A DNA stretch of 37,393 nt from Candidatus Nanopelagicales bacterium (GCA_044326505.1 JBIRBF010000003.1:1-37393), one strand, 5' to 3'; shown: positions 23,019 through 34,306, counted from the stretch's first letter. A program made the numbers and translations. Notes: generated by a model not told the origin, from the sequence alone.

Positions 23019-23795
23019 CTACCGGCGGACCTGGATTCCCGCGCCCGCCATCGTGGCCTTGACGTCGGCGATCGTGAATTCGCCGAAGTGAAACACGCTC
23101 GCGGCGAGCACCGCATCGGCGCCCGCGTGCACAGCGGGTGCGAAATCGCTCAGCGCACCTGCACCGCCGGAGGCGATCACCGGCACCGGCGACACCGCCC
23201 GCGCCGCAGCGATCATCGCTGTGTCGAATCCGGCCTTCGTGCCATCGGCATCCATCGAGTTCAACAGGATCTCGCCCGCGCCGAGCTCCACGGCCTGCTC
23301 GATCCACTCGATGGCGTCTCGGCCGGTGCCGCGGCGTCCGCCGTGCGTGGTCACCTCGTAGCCGCTGGCCGTCGGCAGTGCGCCGGCTGGCACCCGCCTG
23401 GCATCCACGCTGAGCACGACGCACTGCGCGCCGAACCTTTCGGCAGCCTCGCGCAGCAGCTCCGGTCGGGCGATGGCCGCCGTGTTCACGCCCACCTTGT
23501 CCGCGCCCGCCCGCAGCAGCAGGTCGAAGTCGGCCGGGCTGCGCACCCCGCCGCCGACCGTCAGCGGGATGAAGACTTCCTCCGCGGTTCGGCTGACTAC
23601 CTCGTACATGGTCGAGCGATCGGAGCTCGACGCCGTGATGTCCAGGAACACCAACTCGTCGGCACCCTGCTCGCCATAGGCGCGAGCGAGCGCCACCGGG
23701 TCCCCGGCATCGCGCAGATCCACGAAGTTGACGCCCTTCACCACGCGACCGGCATCGACGTCCAGGCACGGGATGACACGCACGGACAGCGTCAC
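23019..23795 (-). CDS. hisF: imidazole glycerol phosphate synthase cyclase subunit
   Basis: [38 protein letters not shown]; GTG overlaps the priA stop. Confidence 0.97.
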   Translation of the reverse strand: MTLSVRVIPCLDVDAGRVVKGVNFVDLRDAGDPVALARAYGEQGADELVFLDITASSSDRSTMYEVVSRTAEEVFIPLTVGGGVRSPADFDLLLRAGADKVGVNTAAIARPELLREAAERFGAQCVVLSVDARRVPAGALPTASGYEVTTHGGRRGTGRDAIEWIEQAVELGAGEILLNSMDADGTKAGFDTAMIAAARAVSPVPVIASGGAGALSDFAPAVHAGADAVLAASVFHFGEFTIADVKATMAGAGIQVRR

Positions 23796-24547
23796 TCGTC
23801 GGTCTCCTGAGCCTCCCGCGCACCGGCGACCCCCTGCACTTCGGCGAGCGCCTGGGGCAGGGTGAACGCCCCCGCGTACAGGGCCTTGCCCACGATCGCA
23901 CCCTCGACGCCGGCATCGTGCAGTCCGGCCAGCAGCCGCAGGTCGGCCAGGCTGCTCACGCCACCCGAGGCAACCACCGGGCGATCCGTAGCGGCGCAGA
24001 CGCTGCGCAGCAGATCGACGTTCGGGCCGGTCATGGTGCCATCGCGGCGCACGTCGGTGACGACGTATCGCGCGCACCCCTCGGAGTCGAGCCGGGCCAG
24101 CACCTCGAACAGTTCGCCGCCCTCGCTCGTCCAGCCCCGGGCCGCCAGCGTGGTGCCGCGGACGTCCAGGCCGACCGCGACGCGGTCGCCGTGCTCCGCG
24201 ATTGCCCGGGCGCACCAGACGGGGTCCTCCAGCGCCGCGGTGCCGATGTTGACCCGGCGGCAGCCGGTGGCCAGAGCGGCCCGCAACGACTCGTCGTCGC
24301 GGATGCCACCGGACAGCTCAACGTCGACATCCAGGGCGGCGACCACTTGGGCCAGCTGCGCGCGGTTGCTTCCCCGGCCGAAGGCGGCGTCGAGGTCAAC
24401 CAAGTGGATCCACTGCGCGCCGGAGTCCTGCCAGGCGAGTGCGGCGGCGAGTGGATCCCCGTAGGCCGTCTCGGTGCCGGCCTCGCCTTGGACCAGCCGC
24501 ACGGCGACGCCGTCGGCGACATCGACGGCGGGCAGCAGTTCGAACAT
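23792..24547 (-). CDS. priA: phosphoribosyl isomerase A (HisA, likely bifunctional HisA/TrpF)
   Basis: [38 protein letters not shown]. Confidence 0.94.
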   Translation of the reverse strand: MFELLPAVDVADGVAVRLVQGEAGTETAYGDPLAAALAWQDSGAQWIHLVDLDAAFGRGSNRAQLAQVVAALDVDVELSGGIRDDESLRAALATGCRRVNIGTAALEDPVWCARAIAEHGDRVAVGLDVRGTTLAARGWTSEGGELFEVLARLDSEGCARYVVTDVRRDGTMTGPNVDLLRSVCAATDRPVVASGGVSSLADLRLLAGLHDAGVEGAIVGKALYAGAFTLPQALAEVQGVAGAREAQETDE

Positions 24548-24607
24548 GTGGACCTCTCTGACTGTGGTGCGGCGTGGACGGGATGAGCGTGACGATTGAT
24601 CAGCTGA

Positions 24608-25246
24608 TCAGCGCAGGGAATCGACCCAATTGCCCAGCAGCGCCAGACCCGCGTCGCCGGACTTCTCGGGATGGAACTGCGTGGCCGTCAGGGGGCCGTT
24701 CTCGACCGCGGCGACGAACCCGCCGCCGTAGTCGCAGCGGGTGACGAGCGGCGGTGTGAGGAGGGAGTCCGCCAGATCCAGCTTCTTGGCCGCGTAGGAG
24801 TGCACGAAGTAGAACCGCTCATCGGCCACACCGGCGAACAGCTGCGAGCCCTCGGGCACCTCGACGGTGTTCCAACCCATGTGCGGGAGCACCTCGGCCT
24901 CCAGCCGCACCACGTCCCCCGGCCACTCGTCGAATCCCGGCACGCGCTCGCCGTGCTCCTCCCCGGCTGTGAACATCACCTGCATGCCGACGCAGATCCC
25001 GAGGACGGGGCGAGCGCCGGCCAGCCGGACATCGACGATGCGGGGCGCGTCCACGGATCGCAGCCCGGCCATACAGGCGGCGAATGCGCCCACGCCGGGA
25101 ACGACGAGCCCGTCGCACTCCTGGGCGGCGCGGTGGTCCGCGGTCACCTCAACCGCGGCCCCGACCGCTTCCAGCGCCCTGGCAGCCGAGTGCAGGTTGC
25201 CCGAGCCATAGTCCAGCACGGTTACCTTCGGGCGGGCACCGCTCAC
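24608..25246 (-). CDS. hisH: imidazole glycerol phosphate synthase glutaminase subunit
   Basis: LDYGSGN, PGVGAF, GICVGMQ, PHMGWN, QFHPEKS; GTG at 25246. Confidence 0.97.
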   Translation of the reverse strand: MSGARPKVTVLDYGSGNLHSAARALEAVGAAVEVTADHRAAQECDGLVVPGVGAFAACMAGLRSVDAPRIVDVRLAGARPVLGICVGMQVMFTAGEEHGERVPGFDEWPGDVVRLEAEVLPHMGWNTVEVPEGSQLFAGVADERFYFVHSYAAKKLDLADSLLTPPLVTRCDYGGGFVAAVENGPLTATQFHPEKSGDAGLALLGNWVDSLR

Positions 25247-25404
25247 GCCGGATCCCACCACAGCACGGCGCCGATGACGCAGAGGATCGCCGCTACGGCC
25301 AGCCCAGCCACCAGCACCCAGCGGCGGGTCTTGGCGAACGAGTAAACGCCGCCGACGAAGAAGCCGGCGAGCGCCAGCAACACGAGCGACCACCAGCTGT
25401 TCAT
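25243..25404 (-). CDS. 53-aa two-TM membrane protein in the his operon (not in the ORF track)
   Basis: [53 protein letters not shown]; starts 2 nt after the hisB stop and its stop overlaps the hisH GTG. Confidence 0.85.
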   Translation of the reverse strand: MNSWWSLVLLALAGFFVGGVYSFAKTRRWVLVAGLAVAAILCVIGAVLWWDPA

Positions 25405-25406
25405 GG

Positions 25407-25991
25407 CTAGAGGGCACCCTTCGTCGAGGGCACGCCCGTCACCCGGGGATCGAGCGCAATGGCCTGCCGCAGCGCGCGGGCAAGCGCCTTGAACTGCGCC
25501 TCCACGATGTGGTGGCCGTTGCGCCCGCCGAGCACCCGGATGTGCAGGCAGATCTGCGCCGACGCCACCAGCGACTCAAAGATGTGCCTGGTCAGAGTCG
25601 TGTCGTAGGAGCCGATCAGGGCCACCATCGCGGGCTCCTCGTGCACCAGGTACGGCCGCCCGGACAGATCCACAACCGCCCACGCGCAGGCCTCGTCCAG
25701 CGGCACCGCGGCGTCGCCGTAGCGGGTGATGCCGGTCTTGTCCCCCAGTGCCTCGCGCAGCGCCTGGCCGAGGGCCAAAGCGGTGTCCTCGACGGTGTGG
25801 TGGGCGTCGACCTCGAGGTCGCCCTCGGTGCGCACGTACAGGTCGATCCCGCCGTGCTTGCCAAGTTGGGCGAGCATGTGGTCGTAGAACGGGACCCCGG
25901 TCTGGATGTCGGCCTGACCGGTGCCGTCCAGGTTGACGTCTACGACGACTGCGCTCTCTTTGGTCGTGCGCTCGACCCGTGCGGTTCTCAT
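25407..25991 (-). CDS. hisB: imidazoleglycerol-phosphate dehydratase
   Basis: [37 protein letters not shown]. Confidence 0.98.
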   Translation of the reverse strand: MRTARVERTTKESAVVVDVNLDGTGQADIQTGVPFYDHMLAQLGKHGGIDLYVRTEGDLEVDAHHTVEDTALALGQALREALGDKTGITRYGDAAVPLDEACAWAVVDLSGRPYLVHEEPAMVALIGSYDTTLTRHIFESLVASAQICLHIRVLGGRNGHHIVEAQFKALARALRQAIALDPRVTGVPSTKGAL

Positions 25992-27100
25992 GCGAGGACC
26001 TCCTCTAGTGCCGTTCTGAAGGCATCGTTCTCGGCCGGGGTGCCGATACTGACACGCAGCCAGCCCGCTGGCCCCGTCTCTCGGATCAGGACGCCCCGGT
26101 CGAGCAGTCCCTGCCACACCTCGTGGCGATCGGCAAAGACTCCGAACAGGGCGAAGTTGGCGTCGGAATCGGCGACCATCAGGCCGCGGTCGCGCAGCCA
26201 GGCCACCATGGTGTCGCGCTCGATCCGCAGTACTTCCACGTCCGCCAGCAGGGCATCGCTGTGCACCAGAGCAGCTTGGGCGGTGGCCTGTGTGACTGAC
26301 GAGACGTGGTACGGCAGCCGAACGACCCGCAGGGCGTCGATCACTCGCGGATGCGCGGCGGCGTAGCCCACCCGGGCGCCGGCGAGGGCGAAGGCCTTGC
26401 TCATCGTCCGCGTGATGACCAGGTTGGGGTACTCGGACAGCAGCCGGAGGGCACCACCACCGCCATCGCGGGCGAACTCGGCGTAGGCCTCATCCACCAC
26501 CACGAGGCCCGGCGCGGCGGCCAGCAGGGCCTCGATCAGCGCCACCGACGCCGCCGTACCGGTGGGGTTGTTGGGTGACGCGAGCACGACCACGTCGGGA
26601 GCCGCAGCTGCCACGGCGGCGGCGGCGAACTCGGGCTCCAGGCCGAAGCCGGGTGCCTCGCCGCGGGCGACCTCCACCAGGCGGGTATGGGTGGCGCGGG
26701 CGTACTCCGGATACATCGAGTAGGTGGGCGGGAACGTCAGCATCACCCGGCCGGGGCCGCCGAACGCCTGCAGGATGTGCTGCATGACTTCGTTGGAGCC
26801 GTTGGCGACCCACACGTCGTCGGCACCGAGGTCGACTGCGGCCGCGCCGCCGGCCCGGCGGTTGAGGTAGCCCGCGAGCGCCGCCCGCAAGGCGCGCGCG
26901 TCGCGGTCTGGGTAGCGGTTGAGCTGCCCGGCGGCCGCCCGCACCCCCTCTGTGATCTGGGCCACCGCCTCCGGCGGGGGCGGGAACGGGTTCTCGTTGA
27001 CGTTGAGCGCCACGGGCACGTCGAGTTGCGGCGCACCGTACGGCTCAAGGTCTGCGAACTCCGCCCGCACCGGCGGGCGCCAGGCCTGGTCGATGCTCAC
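25988..27100 (-). CDS. hisC: histidinol-phosphate aminotransferase
   Basis: [46 protein letters not shown]; GTG overlaps the hisD stop. Confidence 0.96.
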   Translation of the reverse strand: MSIDQAWRPPVRAEFADLEPYGAPQLDVPVALNVNENPFPPPPEAVAQITEGVRAAAGQLNRYPDRDARALRAALAGYLNRRAGGAAAVDLGADDVWVANGSNEVMQHILQAFGGPGRVMLTFPPTYSMYPEYARATHTRLVEVARGEAPGFGLEPEFAAAAVAAAAPDVVVLASPNNPTGTAASVALIEALLAAAPGLVVVDEAYAEFARDGGGGALRLLSEYPNLVITRTMSKAFALAGARVGYAAAHPRVIDALRVVRLPYHVSSVTQATAQAALVHSDALLADVEVLRIERDTMVAWLRDRGLMVADSDANFALFGVFADRHEVWQGLLDRGVLIRETGPAGWLRVSIGTPAENDAFRTALEEVLA

Positions 27101-28410
27101 CCGCGAGTCCGCACGGTGATGGCCGCACCGTGCGCAGGGAGGTCTTCCGCATCGGCCAGCGTGGTGACCGTGGGGCCGATGTCCACCAAGGCAGCGGCCG
27201 AGTACTCCACCACCTGCACGCCACGCAAGAAGGTCTGCACGCTCAGTCCGGCCGAGTGGCAGGCGCAACCGCCTGTGGGCAGCACGTGGTTGGAGCCAGC
27301 CGCGTAGTCCCCGAGCGAGACCGGAGTGAAGTTACCCACGAAGACAGCCCCGGCGTTGCGCACGGTCATAGCGCGTGCCCGGGCATCGCGGGTCTGGATC
27401 TCCAGGTGCTCAGCCGCGTAGGAATTGGCGATCGACATAGCGGTGTCGATGTCGTCGGTGAGCACGATGCAACTCTGCGCCCCGGCCAGTGCCTCGCGGA
27501 TGCGCGCGGAGTGCTTGGTGGCGGGCACCTGCTCGGTCAGAGCCGCCTGCACGGCACTGGCCAATTCGGCCGAATCCGTCACCAGCACCGACGCCGCAAT
27601 GACGTCGTGCTCGGCCTGGCTGATGAGGTCGGCGGCGACGTAGGCCGGGATCGCACTGTCGTCGGCGACGATCATGATCTCGGTCGGGCCGGCCTCGCTG
27701 TCGATACCGATGACGCCTCGCAGGGCGCGCTTGGCCGCGGTGACGTAGATGTTGCCCGGCCCGGTCACCATGGCCACCGGGCGGCACGGCCCGCCGACCT
27801 CCTCTGGCAGGTCGGCGCCGTAGGCGAACAAGGCAACCGCCTGTGCGCCGCCGGCGGCGTAAACCTCGTCGATGCCGAGCAGCCCGCACGCGGCCAGGAT
27901 CACAGGGTGCGGCCAGCCGCCGTTATCCGCCTGCGGCGGCGAGGCGACGGCGATGCTGCTCACCCCGGCGAGTTGAGCGGGCACGACGTTCATCACGACG
28001 CTGCTCGGGTACACCGCCCGACCGCCGGGCACGTACAGCCCCACGCGGTCCACCGGAACCCAGCGCTGGGTGACAGTGCCGCCGGGCACCACTTCGAAGC
28101 CCTCCGTGTCACGCTGCTGCATCGCGTGGGTACGACGGACCCGGTCGATGGCGGTGCGCAGGGCCTCCGCGACGTCGTCGGGCAGGTCGGCCAGTGCGGC
28201 GTCGATGACATCTGCGGGCACCCGCAGCAAAGGCGGGCGGATGCCGTCGAAGCGCATCCCGGCGTCGAGCACCGCCGCCGCCCCACGCTCGCGCACGTCG
28301 GCCAAAACCGGGGCCACGATCTGCTCGACGGCCTGCACGTCGAGGCCGGCGCGCTGCAGCCGGACATCCGCGGCATTCGGTTGGCCTCGCAGATCCTCGA
28401 CCCTCATCAC
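27097..28410 (-). CDS. hisD: histidinol dehydrogenase
   Basis: [47 protein letters not shown]. Confidence 0.97.
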   Translation of the reverse strand: MMRVEDLRGQPNAADVRLQRAGLDVQAVEQIVAPVLADVRERGAAAVLDAGMRFDGIRPPLLRVPADVIDAALADLPDDVAEALRTAIDRVRRTHAMQQRDTEGFEVVPGGTVTQRWVPVDRVGLYVPGGRAVYPSSVVMNVVPAQLAGVSSIAVASPPQADNGGWPHPVILAACGLLGIDEVYAAGGAQAVALFAYGADLPEEVGGPCRPVAMVTGPGNIYVTAAKRALRGVIGIDSEAGPTEIMIVADDSAIPAYVAADLISQAEHDVIAASVLVTDSAELASAVQAALTEQVPATKHSARIREALAGAQSCIVLTDDIDTAMSIANSYAAEHLEIQTRDARARAMTVRNAGAVFVGNFTPVSLGDYAAGSNHVLPTGGCACHSAGLSVQTFLRGVQVVEYSAAALVDIGPTVTTLADAEDLPAHGAAITVRTRG

Positions 28411-28515
28411 GGGCCCAATCGTACCGATCGGCCGCACGCGGTCGGGCTAGGGTGAGTTGGCGGCCGATAGACCCCCCACCGGGCGACCCCATCGGCGACA
28501 GCACGAGGAGGTGCG

Positions 28516-29004
28516 ATGGGACGGGCATCGGCCGGCACGCCCGCCACCAAGCTGCTGCAGCAGGCGGGCATCGACTACGAGGTGCACCGCTACCAAGTCG
28601 ATCCGCGCGCGGGCTCCTACGCCGAGGAGGCGGCCGCGGCCCTCGGGCTGGACGCGTCGCTGGTGTTCAAAACGTTGGTTGCCGAGGTGGACGGGTCGCC
28701 CGTCCTTGCACTCGTCCCCGGCGATGCCCAACTCGACCTCAAGGCGCTGGCTGCCGCACTCGGCGGCGCCAAAGCCCAGCTCGCCGAACAAGCCCACGCG
28801 CAGCGGATCACCGGCTACGTCGTCGGCGGCATCTCCGCCCTTGGCACCCGCCGGAACCTGCCGGTGGTGGCCGACGTTGCGCTCGCGGGTGTGCCCAAGG
28901 TCTATCTGTCCGCAGGCAAGCGGGGCCTGCAGGTGTCGCTGGCCACGGTCGATCTGCTCGCACTCACCCGAGCGGAAATCGCCGTCATCGCTCGCCGCCG
29001 GTGA
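28516..29004 (+). CDS. ybaK: Cys-tRNA(Pro) deacylase YbaK
   Basis: VFKTLV, TGYVVGGIS, SAGKRGL; AGGAGG RBS. Confidence 0.92.
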   Translation: MGRASAGTPATKLLQQAGIDYEVHRYQVDPRAGSYAEEAAAALGLDASLVFKTLVAEVDGSPVLALVPGDAQLDLKALAAALGGAKAQLAEQAHAQRITGYVVGGISALGTRRNLPVVADVALAGVPKVYLSAGKRGLQVSLATVDLLALTRAEIAVIARRR

Positions 29005-29581
29005 CCGCGCCAGCCTCGGACTCGTCGCCCTCGGATTCGTCCGGCTGGGCCTCCGGGTGCACCTCGTCCGATGGTTCGGCAACGCCGACGCCGGTAATCG
29101 CGAACACCGTCGCGACCAGGGTCGGCCACCACACGAGCATCGCCCAGCTGTTCATGGTCAGCCCGGCCCGGATCAGCACACCGTCGGCGAGGCCGTTGGC
29201 GGCAAGGTCCGTCGCTGTGATCATCTGGCCGACCAGCACCGCGATGAAGCCGGCGGCCACGCCGCCGAGGAGCAGCCCGATGAGGGACCCCATCGGCCGC
29301 CGGCGCACGCGCACAGCCCACCAGAGCGCCAGGAGTAACCCCGCACAGGCCAGCAGCGCCCCCAGAACGAGGTCGGCGACGAAGTAGTCCTCGGGCTGCG
29401 ACACCACCCGAACGAGCTCACCGCCGGACACGCGGTACTCGACCTGTGGGCCGAGCAGGGCCCACAACAGACCGACGACGAAACCCGCTGCCGCCGATAC
29501 GATGATCCATCCGCCGGCCGCACCCCACGACTCGCGGCGCTGACGATCGCGGACCTCGCCGGCGGAGCCCTCCTCGCTCAC
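28985..29581 (-). CDS. hypothetical multi-pass membrane protein (possibly DUF2567-like) coupled to dnaE
   Basis: GTG overlaps the dnaE TGA; about four hydrophobic helices and an acidic tail; overlaps the ybaK 3' end by 20 nt. Confidence 0.75.
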   Translation of the reverse strand: MSEEGSAGEVRDRQRRESWGAAGGWIIVSAAAGFVVGLLWALLGPQVEYRVSGGELVRVVSQPEDYFVADLVLGALLACAGLLLALWWAVRVRRRPMGSLIGLLLGGVAAGFIAVLVGQMITATDLAANGLADGVLIRAGLTMNSWAMLVWWPTLVATVFAITGVGVAEPSDEVHPEAQPDESEGDESEAGAVTGGER

Positions 29582-32500
29582 GCCGCGGCCACGCAGTCCG
29601 CGCCGAGCAGTGCTTTCAGATCGCCGTACAGGGCAGGCGTCGGACTCACCCGCAGGTGATCCGGTAGCTGCATCACGGTCGTGCGCGGGCCGTTCACCAA
29701 CTGCAGTTGCACCTCCGCGGTACCGGGGTGAGTGGCCAGGATCTGTTTGAGGCTCTCGATGGTCTCGGGTACGCAGCGGCGGGACTCGAGCCGCACGGCG
29801 ACCGAGGCATGCCTGCTGTCGCGCAGTTCGGGCACCTTGACCTCCATAGCGACGAACTTCACCGCATCCTCGTCGCGCCGGTCGAGCCGGCCCTTGACCA
29901 GCAGCACGGCATCCTCGACGCAGTCCGGGCCCACCAGCGCATAGGTCTGCGGGAACACCATCACGTCGATCGACGCGGCGAGGTCCTCCAGCGTGACGAT
30001 CGCCCAAGCGCTGCCCGCCTTCGTCACCTTGCGCTGCACGGCAGTCACCAGACCGCCGACGGTGAGCACGGCCCCGTCGGAGCGATCCTCGGCGTGCAGG
30101 GCGGAGATCGGGGCATCGACCTTTGCGGCCAAGATGTGCTCGATCCCGTTGAGCGGGTGGCCCGACACGTACAACCCGAGCATCTCGCGCTCGTAGGACA
30201 GCATCGTCCGCTTGTCCCACTCCCCTTCGGGCACCACGATCTCGCTGCCTGGCACGGCGCCCTCGCCGAAGCCCCCGAACAGGTCGAACTGACCCACGGC
30301 GCTCGCGCGCTTGACGTCCATCACCGATTCGGCCGCGTCGGCGTGGATGGCCACGAGTCCCTTGCGCGCGTGACCCAGCGAGTCGAAGGCGCCGGCCTTG
30401 GCCAGCGACTCGAGCACCCGCTTGTTGCATGCCGAGATATCCACCTTGTCCAGGAAGTCCGGGAACGACGTGTAGGCCCCTGACTCGGCACGGGCCCGGA
30501 CGATCCCGTCCACCACGTTCGCGCCGACGTTGCGCACCGCGGTGAGGCCGAAGCGGATGTCCTCGCCGATCGGCGTGAAGTTGGCGTCGGAGCCGTTCAC
30601 GTCCGGCGGCAGCACCTTGATGCCCATCTTGCGGCACTCGTTGAGGTAGATCGCGGACTTGTCCTTGTCGTCCCTGGTGCTGGTGAGCAGGGCGGCCATG
30701 TACTCCGCCGGGAAGTTGGCCTTGAGGTAGGCCGTCCAGTACGACACCAGGCCGTAGCCGGCCGTGTGCGCCTTGTTGAAGGCGTAGTCGGAGAACGGGA
30801 CCAGGATCTCCCACAGCGTCTTGATCGCTTCCTCGCTGTAGCCGTTGGCGACCATCCCGTCGTGGAACGGGACGAACTCGGCGTCGAGGATCTCCTTCTT
30901 CTTCTTGCCCATCGCGCGGCGCAGCAGGTCGGCCGCACCCAGCGAGTAGCCCGCGAGCTGCTGGGCGATGGCCATGACCTGCTCCTGATAGACGATCAGG
31001 CCGTAGGTGTCGCCCAGGATGTCTTGCAGCGGCTCGGCGAGCTCGGGATGGATCGGGACCACGGGCTTGCGGTTGTTCTTGCGATCGGCGTAGTCGTTGT
31101 GCGCGTTCGCACCCATCGGACCCGGCCGATAGAGGGCCAGAACGGCGGAGATGTCCTAGAAGTTGTCCGGCTGCATCGAGCGCAGCAGCGCCCGCATGGG
31201 TCCGCCGTCGAGCTGGAAGACCCCGAGCGTGTCGCCCCGGGCGAGCAGGTCGTAGGCCGGCCGATCGTCCAGCTCCAGACCCTCGAGGTCCACCTCAATG
31301 CCTCGGTTGGCCGCGATGTTGAGCAGGCAGTCGTCGATCACCGTGAGGTTGCGCAGCCCCAGGAAGTCCATCTTCAGCAGCCCGAGGCTCTCGCAGGCAC
31401 CCATGTCGAACTGGGTGATGACCGCGCCGTCCTGCTCGCGCCGCCACACCGGAATGACGTCGGTGAGCGGCTCCTTGCACAGGATCACGCCTGCGGCGTG
31501 CACACCGGGCTGGCGCTTGAGGCCCTCCAGGCCGCGAGCCGTGTCGACCACGCGGCGCACCTCGGCCTGAGCCTCGTACAGCGCGCGGAACTCGCTGGCC
31601 TCGGCATAGCGCGGGTGGGCCTTGTCGAAGATTCCGGCGAGCGGGATGTCCTTGCCCATGACGGCCGGCGGCATTGCCTTGGTGATCTGGTCAGTGAGCG
31701 AGTACGGCAGGCCGAGCGCCCGGCCGCTGTCTTTGATCGCCGCCTTGGCCTTGATGGACCCGTACGTGATGATCTGCGCGACCCGGTCCTCGCCGTACTT
31801 CTCAGTCGCGTAGCGGATCATGTCCGAGCGCCGGCGCTCGTCGAAGTCCATGTCGATATCGGGCATGGACACGCGCTCCGGGTTGAGGAAGCGCTCGAAC
31901 AGCAGGCCGTGCTTGATGGGGTCGAGCTCGGTGATGCCCAGGGCGTAGGCGATGAGCGCGCCCGCCGCCGAGCCGCGGCCCGGGCCCACGCGGATCCCGT
32001 TCTGCTTGGCATAGCGCACCAGGTCGGCGGTCACCAGGAAGTAGCCCGGGAAGCCCATCTGGCAGATGACGCCGACCTCGTAGGCGGCTTGCGTGCGGTG
32101 CCCCTCTGGGACCTCACCCGGGGCGAATCGCGCCGCCAGGCCGCGCTCAACCTCCTTGACCAGCCAGGACTCCTCGCTCTCGCCGGGCGGCACCGGGAAC
32201 GCCGGCATGAGGCTGGCCTTCTCGTTGAACTGCACGTCGCAACGCTCGGCGATGAGCAGCGTGTTGTCACAGGCCTCGGGGAAGTCGCGCCAGGTCTCGC
32301 GCATCTGCTCGGCGGACTTGACGTAGAAGTCCCGGCCGGTGAATCGGAAGCGCTTGGGATCGTCCATGGTCGTGCGGGTGCCGATGCACAGTAGAACGTC
32401 GTGCACGTCGGCATCGTCCGCGTGGACGTAGTGCAGGTCGTTCGTGGCGAGCAGCGGCAGCTTGAGGTCCTTGGCGATCCTGAGCAGCTCGGCGCGATGT

Positions 32501-33120
32501 CGGCGCTCGATGTCGATGCCGTGGTCCATGAGCTCGACGAAGAAGTTGCCCTCGCCGAAGATGTCGCGGAAGTCGGCGGCCGCCGCGAGCGCACGGTCGA
32601 ACTCGCCGGCCTGGAGCCATCGGTTGACCTCGCCGGATGGGCAGCCGGTGGTGGCGATGAGCCCCTTGCCGTAGCGCTCGAGCAGCTCGCGGTCGAACCG
32701 CGGCTTGCGGTAGTAGCCCTCCAGCGAGGCGAAACTCGACAGCCGGAAGAGGTTGTGCATCCCCTCGGTCGTCTCGGCCAGCAGGGTCATGTGGGTGTAG
32801 GCCTGCTTGCCCTTGGCGGGCGCGACCTCGCCGTCCTCGCTGGCGCCTTCGTCGTACCCGCCGCCGAAGTCGAACGGCGCCTTCGTCGCGCGGCCCTGGG
32901 GCGCGTAATAGCCCTCCATGCCGATGATCGGCTTGATGCCGGCCGCCTTGCCGCGCTTCCAGAAGTCGTAGGCGCCGTAGAGGTTGCCGTGGTCGGTCAT
33001 CGCCATTGCCGGCATCCCGAGCCGGGCTGCTTCGTCGAACAGGTCGCCCAGGCGCGCCGCGCCGTCGAGCATGGAGTACTCGGTGTGCACGTGCAGGTGG
33101 ACGAAGTCCCCGGTGCTCAT
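29578..33120 (-). CDS. dnaE: DNA polymerase III alpha subunit (DnaE1 type), interrupted by one in-frame TAG at codon 655 (31156-31158)
   Basis: PHP motifs HLHVHTEYS, TDHG, TNDLHY; GRGSAAG; PDIDMD; KMDFLGL; YAFNKAH; QFDLF clamp-binding motif. ORFs 31156-33120 and 29578-31116 share one frame (1181 codons in total). Confidence 0.93.
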
Positions 33121-33218
33121 GCGGCTGCCCCTGCCACGAGCTGTTCGGCCGTGGATTCGCCACCTATGCGGCGCATTGCGTCATGCACTGCCAACCCCTT
33201 TCCGGCCGAGCCCTTGCA

Positions 33219-33240
33219 AGGCTACCTGCGGCACCCGACA
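33219..33240 (-). promoter_or_regulatory. PafBC / RecA-NDp-type promoter motif upstream of dnaE
   Basis: Minus strand TGTCGG-GTGCCGCAGG-TAGCCT = TGTCGG-N10-TAnnnT, about 100 nt upstream of the ATG. Confidence 0.65.
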
Positions 33241-33359
33241 CCCGATCACAGCCGATGGTCAGTGTTCGCTGACCGCTCAGCCGCCGACACCGCGCTCGCT
33301 GCCGCCAACTGCCCGCCGTTCCCTTGTGGGCGCGCCGCCACGATGCGAAGGTACGTTCC

Positions 33360-33797
33360 ATGGCTGCATTCCAGGGTGCCGACTACGCCGACCCCGCAGT
33401 GATCGCGCGCGTGCTCCGACGTTCCGAGCTTTGGTTCGTCGTCGGATTGAGCAATAACACCGCTCGGGCCGCGTACGGCGTGGCGGAGGTTCTGCGCGAA
33501 CACGATAAGGCGGTCGTCCCGATCCACCCCGACGCCCCCATCGTGGCCGGAGTGCAGGGATTCGCGACCATAGCCCAGGCGGCGGACCTGTTCGGAGCGC
33601 CGGACGTGGTGGACGTCTTCGTCAACTCCGACCTGGCAGGTCCGATCGTGGATGACGCCATTGCCGCCGGCGCCGAGGCCGTCTGGCTGCAACTCAAGGT
33701 GATCGACGAGGCTGCGGCCGCCCGCGCGCAGGCAGCCGGGCTCGACGTCGTGATGGACCGCTGCCCGGCGATCGAGCTGCCACGGCTGCGGGGCTGA
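33360..33797 (+). CDS. CoA-binding protein (YccU-like)
   Basis: VVGLSNN..RAAYGVA, DVVDVFVN, VWLQL, VVMDRC. Confidence 0.9.
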   Translation: MAAFQGADYADPAVIARVLRRSELWFVVGLSNNTARAAYGVAEVLREHDKAVVPIHPDAPIVAGVQGFATIAQAADLFGAPDVVDVFVNSDLAGPIVDDAIAAGAEAVWLQLKVIDEAAAARAQAAGLDVVMDRCPAIELPRLRG

Positions 33798-33812
33798 ACA
33801 GCAGGCCTCGGG

Positions 33813-34145
33813 CTACGGCCCGCTGAGCTTGCGCATCTCCTGCTGGATCTGCGCCTCGTTGATGCTGCTCTTGGGGCCGAAGGCCGCCCAGCCGGAGTAG
33901 ATCGCGGCGATCCCGGTGCCGAAAATGACCCACATGGGCCAGAAGTAGCCACCGCCGGCCAGCGCCCAGATGGCGATCATGATGACCCAGAGGATCACGA
34001 AACCACCCAGCATCCGCCAGAAGTTCTGCTTGTTCTTGAGCCGGCGGATCGCCTCGTCGCGCAACTGCTGCTCGGATGTGGGCTGCGGGTTGCCCGGCTG
34101 CCCGCCCGGCGGCGGGGGCGGTGGCACTGGCTGATCGGAACTCAT
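33813..34145 (-). CDS. 2TM-domain small membrane protein
   Basis: Pro-rich N-terminus, LRDEAIRRLK, IWAL...YFWPMW, INEAQIQQEM; likely start MSSDQ at 34145. Confidence 0.8.
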   Translation of the reverse strand: MSSDQPVPPPPPPGGQPGNPQPTSEQQLRDEAIRRLKNKQNFWRMLGGFVILWVIMIAIWALAGGGYFWPMWVIFGTGIAAIYSGWAAFGPKSSINEAQIQQEMRKLSGP

Positions 34146-34306
34146 AACAGGAGCATGGCAGATCGTGGCTGGCGCGTCACCATCTGTCACCGCAACGGCA
34201 CGCGATGCCCGCGTTGCCGCCGATGCCGGGCCAAACCCCCTGCCGGTACATCACACTGGCGCTCACGCACCGGCGCAACTCAGAGTCCCGGAGAACGGAG
34301 CACGCA

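Noticed and set aside
28985-29004. 20-nt convergent overlap of ybaK and the membrane gene as antisense regulation
   Set aside because: Short tail-to-tail overlaps are common in GC-rich genomes; there is no further support.
31156-31158. Genome-wide TAG reassignment or pyrrolysine
   Set aside because: At least nine genes in the window end in TAG at plausible or conserved C-termini (e.g. hisB TKGAL*), and no pyl genes are in the window.
29578-33120. Split-intein DnaE as in cyanobacteria
   Set aside because: No intein sequence flanks the break, the halves are contiguous and in frame, and the YAFNKAH region is uninterrupted.
33121-33215. c-di-GMP-I riboswitch in the dnaE leader (GAAA, GACGCAA fragments)
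   Set aside because: The GGCAAA/P1 core and the receptor stem are missing; the similarity is fragmentary.
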